Shown in pieces: positions 55,001-64,000 of a DNA stretch of 64,000 bases; position 1 is the first letter of the stretch, and each line of letters opens with the position of its first letter. A model generated the notes under the pieces. It did not search any database. It worked only from the letters and a program-made list of their open reading frames with translations, and was not told where the DNA came from. The position numbers were made by a program, and so were the translations under genes. The stretch spans positions 9,491,576 through 9,555,575 of the forward strand of contig OZ176056.1 of assembly GCA_964247055.1 (NCBI GenBank), given 5' to 3'. Source of the DNA: Paragordius varius (lineage: Eukaryota > Animalia > Nematomorpha).

Positions 55001-58000
55001 GAAAGGGTGAATAACCAACTATATATTTAAATCCATATATTTAAATAATAATTAATCATTAAATATTTTTTTAATCATTTTTAATCAAAAATTTACGAGT
55101 TATAATTAAATGACTGATAGTGTTTGAACTGATATTTAAAAAAATATGAATAGTTCTCAAATGTCCGTTTTTATGAAGTTCCTAACTTACATTTCGCTTA
55201 ATGTCCGATTTTTTTTGTTTTATGATATATACCATTTGCACTTCAAGAGTGTCCTTGAACACTTTAAGTTGGTCCTTGAACAGTTGAAGTTGGTCCTTGA
55301 ACTCAAGTTGGTCCTTGAACAATTCAAGTTGGTCCTTGAACACTTCAAGTTGTTCCTTAAAATTTTTAAATTTTGATTTAACCATAATTTTTGCATTTAT
55401 TTTTTTATTTTATTATTTATTAACCTAATTTTCTTTATATATATTTATTCATTTAAAAATAAAAATTTTCATTCAGAAACCACTATTTTGTTTCAAACTA
55501 TTTTAATTCAACAAAATTATTGACTTTTGAATGATTTTAATGAAAATTTAAATTAATAACCCAGAAAACTTATATATTTTTTCATTTCGTATTAAAATCT
55601 TACAAATATCCAAAATTATTTAAAGAAATTAATAAAGATATACGGTTTCTCAAATTTTAAAAGTATCGATTTAAAATTTATGTTAAATAACAGAAAATAG
55701 ATTAAAAACAATAAAATAGATGAATTATTTACGATTTGATTGATAAAAGTTAAAAACAAAACAAAAAAGTCCAAGGCCCAACTTGAAGGGTTCAAGGACC
55801 AACTTGAACTGTTCAAGGAGACTCTTGAAGTGCAAATAGTATATCTTAAAATTGAAGACAATAAATAAATATAATATACCAAAGGTGGTTAATTCAAATT
55901 ATAAAGTATAAAATAAAATTCACCCTAATATGAATAATTATATTTTATGTAATTATAATGATGCGAATAAAAAATATTGATATTTTAAAATATTAGTATA
56001 TCGGGGCAAAAGCCTAAGCATGAAAAAATCCTCGTGCTGCTTTTGTTTTTTTTACGAGTTAAACTTCAACATGCATCCTTAAGCATAGCAATCACCGTTA
56101 ATATATTATCACTCCCATATTGAACGAATATTTTATTATGATATAATCTTGATAATTTAAATCTACCTTATAATTAATAATGCTACAGAATATTTTCCAT
56201 CCTTTAAAAGCAATATAAAGTAAATGAAAATGATTGATTTAATGTTATATTTTGGCAATATAGTGCACAGTCCTTTATACTATGCACAAACCATTTAACT
56301 AGTTTTAAATGTAAGATAGGAGGTTATCTAATAAAATGATATCAAATTTTTGAAATTAATAAATAATTTAGATAGAAGCATCTAGCTTCTAACACAAATA
56401 TGATATATCACTCAAATCACAATTTTTGTTAATTTCAGCTTTTTATGATTCAAAATTCATTAACTCGCAAGTTCCTAAAAGCATCAGGTCCTGATTTTTA
56501 TCAGAATAATATATTAACGGATAATTTATGTGCATACATCGTGTACATAATTACTTGAATGTTGTTTGCATCCGCTTTAATTGGCGCGCAACATTATACA
56601 CTTTGACGAAGCCACCAACTTCTTTGAAACCCTGCGTATAATAAATTGTCAGATGTTATAATAATAACCATTTTGATAGTGTTTAATAAAACTATTTATT
56701 CTATGCAAGGAAAACCGTCTTGAAAATAAATTTACCATATATACTTATATATGTCCTATTATCTATTTTACTGGTCCCATTTTTAGGTTATAATGCAAAT
56801 TGATTAAATGAAGTTTTTCTAACTCAAATCAACGTTAATTTACTGTGATCTATACACGTAAGTGTACCAAAATGAGTAATATTACCACAACAGACATTTC
56901 TAATCTGAACCTAAGAGATTGAAAAGTTTTATGATCCACTTTATTAAATAAATGTTCCTAATCATCATGTAGGTTGACAGTCCTATATACACCTTATTTT
57001 TAAAATTATATAATTATATCTGCACCTAAAATAATATCACATAGAATTAAATTACAAGTAGTTATCTATTATTGACTATTTGTGGATTTTAGCCTCCTGC
57101 CTAATACAAACTATTAATAGAATTAAATTCATATAATTTGCGGAATATGTATTAGATACTTAGGCAGGGCCGATGACTATATTGCTCCAAAGAAAATGTT
57201 TGGTTTTAATTATATAAAAATGGATATACGTTTTGAAAATTGCATTAGTCACGATCTTCCATATGGAAGAATTTAATAATTTTATCTAAGAAATTCGTAC
57301 ACTTTAAGGGAAAATATATTAATATCTTTAGGCCCCATACGTTTTCCAAAAAAGCTTTGAAACTTGAAATTGGCAGAATAACGTGAAATGATGGATCGAA
57401 TATATAGGCTAAATAAAAAGGTGCTAAATGTTCCGGTATTGATATAACTATTAAGTCAAAGGGATAACGATATAGTTTTAAAAAACTTTTAGAGAAAGAT
57501 ATTTTAATATTCAAGCTGGTATATTATGGCCAATCAAATGTTTAAATCCGATAGGCGAATTTTAAAATTGATACAAAATTTATATTTATTTCTAATAGCC
57601 GTGCATGTTCCCGAAAGTAAAATATATTTATTAGGCATATTTTGTTAAATATAAATTTTAAATATTAAATAATTTTAATATATATTTTAATCTATTATAA
57701 TGACTATTTAAGTTTTTTCAGTCGCATTCTTTATAATTAAATTTTTCAATATTAGAGATGAATGTTTTAATATGAAATGAAAAATGTACCTTGATAACAA
57801 GTGCAATTATGGAAATAAGTATGATTAGAAACTGAAACACATCTGTCAATATTACCGTTTTGAACCCACCCTACATAATATAAAAAATGAAGGTATTATT
57901 ATTATGAAAATATATTAACCAAAAAATTTTAATATATAATTTTTTGTACATATTATCAATTATTCAATTCGGTAAATTAGCAAAATTATTACACTTTTGT

Positions 58001-59520
58001 ATTGGAAAATATATTAAATTATTTATTTAAAAAATGTATGTCGAATTAATTAACACATTGTACACATCGGAAAAAATAAATTATTCTGGGTAGACAATGT
58101 ATGATACATATATGTTTTTGCCTTTGAGGCAATACCTTTATATGCCATTAATTAAGACCCAAGCAAACTATATAGTAGTATATGGTACTAAATAGATACG
58201 GAATACGAAAGATTAAAAGATAGCAATTTTCTCAAAAATTTTATAAATTGAATATCGAATATTTTTCTTAGCGATATTGTAATTAGGAAATCAATTTATA
58301 TTGTGTATTTTTTAATTTTTCTCGATTAGTTATCCATACAGGATTTGAATCCTAAATTGGATTTTAAAATTTGCAATTCGAAAATTTATAATTTATTTTA
58401 CTTTCTTATATTTTTTAAAAAGTTAAAAGATCTTTGTTCAATTGGCCAACACAAGTTATAATACCAATTTTATTTGAGGAAGTGATAACATCAAAAGTCA
58501 AAACCGACACTTAAATACTTCATTTCAGCCGCCATAGTAAATAACCTTATATAATAGAAAATATTCATGGATAAAAGATAAGTTAGGGTCATGGTTATTT
58601 TAAAATGGCGATCCACACGAAATGATTGTCACATAGTAAAAAACATTAACTTTTATAACTGAAAAAAACATTTTTAAATTTCCATGTTTTTATGAAAATA
58701 GAAGACAAACTATGATAGAAGCACATAGTTTCTACCGTGATGCGGTAATTAAGGATTTTTTGATAATGAAGAATTAGTGTCTTATGGAAGCCTTTATTAT
58801 AGAGTAATTAGCAATATTATATCCATAAAAAATCTATTATTCAGATATATTTAATCATATTCAAAATTAAATAAAAACATACTATGGATGTGTAAAATGT
58901 ACAAACTCCTCCAATGATCAATATGAGGGCAGGGATGGAAATGGGAACAACTGCCAAAAATAAAATGTTTTATATAATAAATTATATTACTTAAACTGAT
59001 AGCCAGGCAAGGAGCAAATAAAACCACAGATGCATGAAGCAGCTAAAAAGTTTTTATATGCAAATACTTGAGAGAAAATAAAGGTTAGGGCGTAATAACT
59101 TCTCAATGTTGGTGAATTATAACGCCTTTGAATATACTAGATATATATATTATTAAGACTGTAAAAATTGAGGGAGATCCAAGATTCCAAAAGACTGGAA
59201 TAAAAATACACAAGGCTGCCCAAACACCCAAACATTGTGCAATGATATATACCCAATATTGAGCACCTCTTGTATAAAATTCAGCTGGCATTCCTACAAT
59301 TATTATGGCTGAAATTTGTGTAGCCAGAAGAGAAAATGCAATCGAAAAAGGTTTGAAATTTCTAATATTACAATGGCGACTTTTACCGATCCCCAATAAA
59401 TGCATAATCGGATTTGACTTTTTTTCTGTCTTTGATAGCATAAACGATACCGATAAGACAAGTTATCACAAAAAATACAATAATAATTAAATAATCTGTT
59501 ATCGCAATAGTATATATCAT
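49009..59520 (-). CDS. Sodium:solute symporter, SLC5A5/6/8/12 (NIS/SMVT/SMCT-like) subfamily; complete, 16 exons
   Basis: Exons 59387-59520, 59160-59361, 59068-59136, 58991-59042, 58883-58950, 57790-57870, 56555-56631, 54439-54579, 54151-54280, 53626-53714, 52775-52905, 52525-52592, 51998-52084, 50575(or 50593)-50744, 49575-49663, 49009-49082; all GT-AG and in phase. Motifs: TDYLII, SLLATQISAIIIVGMPAEFY, GGFKTVILTDVFQ, FNPNPT, QPSVQRY, YRYCDP, GLFLACLISGALSTLSSSFNSLAAV, GMFVPWVN, YSLSY, LLHP. Confidence 0.95.
55232..55839. mobile_element. Second full copy of the 21-bp-repeat MITE (subfamily A), in an SLC5 intron
   Basis: TATA|CCATTTGCACTTCAAGAG...CTCTTGAAGTGCAAATAG|TATA; core similar to 32237-32975. 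Confidence 0.85.
59043..59067 (-). other. 25-nt intron (SLC5 intron 3)
   Basis: GTATTTGCATATAAAAACTTTTTAG joins ..FIFSQ|LLHASVVLFAP..; retention introduces a TAG. Confidence 0.9.
59137..59159 (-). other. 23-nt intron (SLC5 intron 2)
   Basis: GTCTTAATAATATATATATCTAG joins ..SPSIFT|YIQRRY.. (cf. SLC5 S.YE|YLE.RF). Confidence 0.85.
59362..59386 (-). other. 25-nt intron (SLC5 intron 1)
   Basis: GTAAAAGTCGCCATTGTAATATTAG joins ..SDYAFIGDR|NFKPFSIA.. (cf. DYLLGGRSM..P). Confidence 0.9.
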
Positions 59521-60649
59521 TTCAGATAAAGTTTATATTTGACGTATTTGAGAATATTAATTTAAACACAATATTAAAAGTTGTTCAATAAATTTCTTTA
59601 GTATTATATGCTAGTTTGTTTATTGCAGTAAAAAGCCATATTGGTTAAAAGGGTCTAATTGCTACACACCAACTTATATATAAGAATGTGTAAATTTTTT
59701 GCTTAATACCTATTTCTCGATTGCAAAAAAGCTAAATACACATTATGTAAGACACATTTAATACTGTGGTCGTTTATTAAACCATATTTTAAGTTTTTTC
59801 GGAAACAGGTGAACCGCATTTGTAATTAAACATTTATATTCAAATTTTTGTAAGATCAACATTTTCGCTAATTGCTAGGAAGTTAATTTTATAATAACGC
59901 TAAATTTTTTTATAATTTTGAACGTCGCAATGTGGTATAAGCTGAAATACATTTGTTTGAATAAATTAATTTTTAACTTCATTCCTTGATTTTAATGCTA
60001 GGCTCAAACATTATACTATAAAATAATTTATGTGGTTTATAAATTTGATACTTTCATTAAATGGAAATACAAACAAAAGGTAGTAATATTTTAATAAGTA
60101 ATAGACGCCCAATATGCCCTTAGTGCTTATCTTATATTTTATTATAATCCAGCTTTAAATAACAAATATATATTATGCAAAAATTAGTATAGGTTAATAT
60201 ATTTATAGATGAATAGAAAAGGACTGATGTGCTAACTATATGTATAGCATTTTCACGATTTAGTACTGAAACTAAGCAAAATAAAACTAGCGATATAATT
60301 AGGGTTAGTTTATTTTTTATTTGTCTTCCGGTTGCCAAAAAATTGTCACCTATTTTTAATGGAAATAGTATTAAGAGCTAGTATTAGGATAAAAATGTAA
60401 ACTTTTAATATAAAGGATATTACTATTTTGATTTTAGCCATAATCAAAACCTATTCCCACATTTGTGAAAGATCTAAATTATGTTTAATAATAATGATTT
60501 TAAAAACTGTTAATTGCCGTTAGTTATGAACCAAAGACCACAAGCAATCTAAGGATTGTATTCATTACATAGGAAATTTAAATATATCATAATAGATAAT
60601 ATAAAAAATCATCTTCCGTGCGGAAAAAACTACGGGCTATATTATTAAT

Positions 60650-61151
60650 ATCCATCAACGATTTGATATTCCATTACATGTTTATGAGCACAATGTATTT
60701 TCTTGTGTTACATCTGGTCATAAATTCTGCCTGAAATACGGAATCTCTGAGACTATTAAAATATACTAATATAGAATATTTTTCAAGATATTGCTAGCAT
60801 GACTGATTAAAGCAATGTATCTTTATTTTTGCATTTAAGTTCTCTTTTTAAATACTGTGATGAATAATAAAGTTTTCCAGCCATTTGGTTAAATCATAAC
60901 TTCAATATGTTATCACAAATCGTAATATTCTTTATTCTAGAGGCTTTTAGTATCTATTCGCTTTGACAATTTCGCTTCCAATATTCATAACTCATCATCC
61001 ACATTCTTGAGTATAGATGTTTGCATCTGAGTGCGCACTATGCTGATAATATTTCTATCTCTCCTTAATTTCTTTTTCAATCTTCACTATCCTTCCTATT
61101 TGTCCTTAGCTTAATTTCAGTTGTAATAGAGTTAGATGCATCTATTTTACT
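60650..61151 (-). mobile_element. Heavily decayed RTE remnant (EN-RT linker and start of RT) abutting the telomere
   Basis: Minus strand gives EIKER*KYY (cf. EVRERWKEY), RYIALISHASNILK (cf. RNISLISHASKVLLK) and EIP./FQAEFM (cf. EIPENQAGFM), collinear with the 23.3-25.5-kb element. Confidence 0.75.
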
Positions 61152-63941
61152 GGGGGTTAGGGTTAGGGTTAGGGTTAGGGTTAGGGTTAGGGTTAGGGTT
61201 AGGGTTAGGGTTAGGGTTAGGGTTAGGGTTAGGGTTAGGGTTAGGGTTAGGGTTAGGGTTAGGGTTAGGGTTAGGGTTAGGGTTAGGGTTAGGGTTAGGG
61301 TTAGGGTTAGGGTTAGGGTTAGGGTTAGGGTTAGGGTTAGGGTTAGGGTTAGGGTTAGGGTTAGGGTTAGGGTTAGGGTTAGGGTTAGGGTTAGGGTTAG
61401 GGTTAGGGTTAGGGTTAGGGTTAGGGTTAGGGTTAGGGTTAGGGTTAGGGTTAGGGTTAGGGTTAGGGTTAGGGTTAGGGTTAGGGTTAGGGTTAGGGTT
61501 AGGGTTAGGGTTAGGGTTAGGGTTAGGGTTAGGGTTAGGGTTAGGGTTAGGGTTAGGGTTAGGGTTAGGGTTAGGGTTAGGGTTAGGGTTAGGGTTAGGG
61601 TTAGGGTTAGGGTTAGGGTTAGGGTTAGGGTTAGGGTTAGGGTTAGGGTTAGGGTTAGGGTTAGGGTTAGGGTTAGGGTTAGGGTTAGGGTTAGGGTTAG
61701 GGTTAGGGTTAGGGTTAGGGTTAGGGTTAGGGTTAGGGTTAGGGTTAGGGTTAGGGTTAGGGTTAGGGTTAGGGTTAGGGTTAGGGTTAGGGTTAGGGTT
61801 AGGGTTAGGGTTAGGGTTAGGGTTAGGGTTAGGGTTAGGGTTAGGGTTAGGGTTAGGGTTAGGGTTAGGGTTAGGGTTAGGGTTAGGGTTAGGGTTAGGG
61901 TTAGGGTTAGGGTTAGGGTTAGGGTTAGGGTTAGGGTTAGGGTTAGGGTTAGGGTTAGGGTTAGGGTTAGGGTTAGGGTTAGGGTTAGGGTTAGGGTTAG
62001 GGTTAGGGTTAGGGTTAGGGTTAGGGTTAGGGTTAGGGTTAGGGTTAGGGTTAGGGTTAGGGTTAGGGTTAGGGTTAGGGTTAGGGTTAGGGTTAGGGTT
62101 AGGGTTAGGGTTAGGGTTAGGGTTAGGGTTAGGGTTAGGGTTAGGGTTAGGGTTAGGGTTAGGGTTAGGGTTAGGGTTAGGGTTAGGGTTAGGGTTAGGG
62201 TTAGGGTTAGGGTTAGGGTTAGGGTTAGGGTTAGGGTTAGGGTTAGGGTTAGGGTTAGGGTTAGGGTTAGGGTTAGGGTTAGGGTTAGGGTTAGGGTTAG
62301 GGTTAGGGTTAGGGTTAGGGTTAGGGTTAGGGTTAGGGTTAGGGTTAGGGTTAGGGTTAGGGTTAGGGTTAGGGTTAGGGTTAGGGTTAGGGTTAGGGTT
62401 AGGGTTAGGGTTAGGGTTAGGGTTAGGGTTAGGGTTAGGGTTAGGGTTAGGGTTAGGGTTAGGGTTAGGGTTAGGGTTAGGGTTAGGGTTAGGGTTAGGG
62501 TTAGGGTTAGGGTTAGGGTTAGGGTTAGGGTTAGGGTTAGGGTTAGGGTTAGGGTTAGGGTTAGGGTTAGGGTTAGGGTTAGGGTTAGGGTTAGGGTTAG
62601 GGTTAGGGTTAGGGTTAGGGTTAGGGTTAGGGTTAGGGTTAGGGTTAGGGTTAGGGTTAGGGTTAGGGTTAGGGTTAGGGTTAGGGTTAGGGTTAGGGTT
62701 AGGGTTAGGGTTAGGGTTAGGGTTAGGGTTAGGGTTAGGGTTAGGGTTAGGGTTAGGGTTAGGGTTAGGGTTAGGGTTAGGGTTAGGGTTAGGGTTAGGG
62801 TTAGGGTTAGGGTTAGGGTTAGGGTTAGGGTTAGGGTTAGGGTTAGGGTTAGGGTTAGGGTTAGGGTTAGGGTTAGGGTTAGGGTTAGGGTTAGGGTTAG
62901 GGTTAGGGTTAGGGTTAGGGTTAGGGTTAGGGTTAGGGTTAGGGTTAGGGTTAGGGTTAGGGTTAGGGTTAGGGTTAGGGTTAGGGTTAGGGTTAGGGTT
63001 AGGGTTAGGGTTAGGGTTAGGGTTAGGGTTAGGGTTAGGGTTAGGGTTAGGGTTAGGGTTAGGGTTAGGGTTAGGGTTAGGGTTAGGGTTAGGGTTAGGG
63101 TTAGGGTTAGGGTTAGGGTTAGGGTTAGGGTTAGGGTTAGGGTTAGGGTTAGGGTTAGGGTTAGGGTTAGGGTTAGGGTTAGGGTTAGGGTTAGGGTTAG
63201 GGTTAGGGTTAGGGTTAGGGTTAGGGTTAGGGTTAGGGTTAGGGTTAGGGTTAGGGTTAGGGTTAGGGTTAGGGTTAGGGTTAGGGTTAGGGTTAGGGTT
63301 AGGGTTAGGGTTAGGGTTAGGGTTAGGGTTAGGGTTAGGGTTAGGGTTAGGGTTAGGGTTAGGGTTAGGGTTAGGGTTAGGGTTAGGGTTAGGGTTAGGG
63401 TTAGGGTTAGGGTTAGGGTTAGGGTTAGGGTTAGGGTTAGGGTTAGGGTTAGGGTTAGGGTTAGGGTTAGGGTTAGGGTTAGGGTTAGGGTTAGGGTTAG
63501 GGTTAGGGTTAGGGTTAGGGTTAGGGTTAGGGTTAGGGTTAGGGTTAGGGTTAGGGTTAGGGTTAGGGTTAGGGTTAGGGTTAGGGTTAGGGTTAGGGTT
63601 AGGGTTAGGGTTAGGGTTAGGGTTAGGGTTAGGGTTAGGGTTAGGGTTAGGGTTAGGGTTAGGGTTAGGGTTAGGGTTAGGTTAGGGTTAGGGTTAGGGT
63701 TAGGGTTAGGGTTAGGGTTAGGGTTAGGGTTAGGGTTAGGTTAGGGTTCGGGTTAGGGGTTAGGGTTAGGGTTAGGGTTAGGGGTTAGGGTTAGGGGTTA
63801 GGGTTAGGGTTAGGGTTAGGGTTAGGGTTAGGGTTAGGGTTAGGTTAGGGTTAGGGGTTAGGGTTAGGGTTAGGGTTAGGGTTAGGGTTAGGGTTAGGGT
63901 TAGGGTTAGGGTTAGGGTTAGGGTTAGGGTTAGGGTTAGGG

Positions 63942-63982
<41 letters not shown>

Positions 63983-64000
63983 GGTTGGGTTAGGGGGAGG
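61152..64000 (+). repeat. Telomeric (TTAGGG)n array, ~2.85 kb, chromosome right end
   Basis: Perfect TTAGGG from ~61157 to ~63676, with a few variants (TTAGG, TTCGGG, TTAGGGG) distally. The G-rich strand runs 5'->3' toward the end, as expected. Confidence 0.99.

Noticed and set aside
57245-57514. 89-aa minus ORF inside the SLC5 gene
   Set aside because: No SLC5 similarity, and the model closes in phase without it.
60650-61151. Telomere-specific retrotransposon (HeT-A/TART/TRAS-like) interpretation
   Set aside because: The orientation fits, but this is a single, heavily decayed RTE-clade relic like others scattered in the window.
61136-63685. 849-aa (LG)n ORF
   Set aside because: It is a translation of the telomeric TTAGGG array.
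63677-64000. Variant telomere repeats (TTAGG, TTCGGG, TTAGGGG)
   Set aside because: They are confined to the distal end, where consensus coverage is lowest; most likely sequencing or homopolymer errors.
1-64000. CRISPR arrays, rRNA, tRNA or prokaryotic systems
   Set aside because: The sequence is eukaryotic and spliced; the 21-bp arrays lack unique spacers, and no RNA-gene signatures were recognised.

Overview
Very AT-rich eukaryotic DNA, most likely an invertebrate animal, at the right end of a chromosome. About 2.85 kb of (TTAGGG)n occupies 61152-64000, so the 849-aa LG ORF is an artefact. Manual splicing recovers four multi-exon genes that the ORF track misses: a CAP/SCP secreted protein with Cys-rich and repeat C-terminus (4380-7949 +), a secreted two-FN3-like protein (30088-31544 -), an S1 serine protease (38279-46568 +) and a complete 16-exon SLC5 Na+/solute symporter (49009-59520 -). 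There is also a class A GPCR with one in-frame TAG (17215-18468 +) and two candidate secreted micropeptides. The rest is dense with RTE retrotransposon relics and non-autonomous DNA transposons (Tc1/mariner-type MITE swarm, hAT, CACTA-type, 3-bp-TSD foldback). Two observations stand out. (1) Well-supported ultra-short GT-AG introns of 23-26 nt sit in the same genes as 0.4-2 kb introns. (2) The telomere joins abruptly, with no subtelomeric or degenerate repeats, onto a decayed RTE only 1.6 kb from the SLC5 start codon, which suggests de novo telomere addition. All gene models were hand-spliced and none is confirmed by transcripts.
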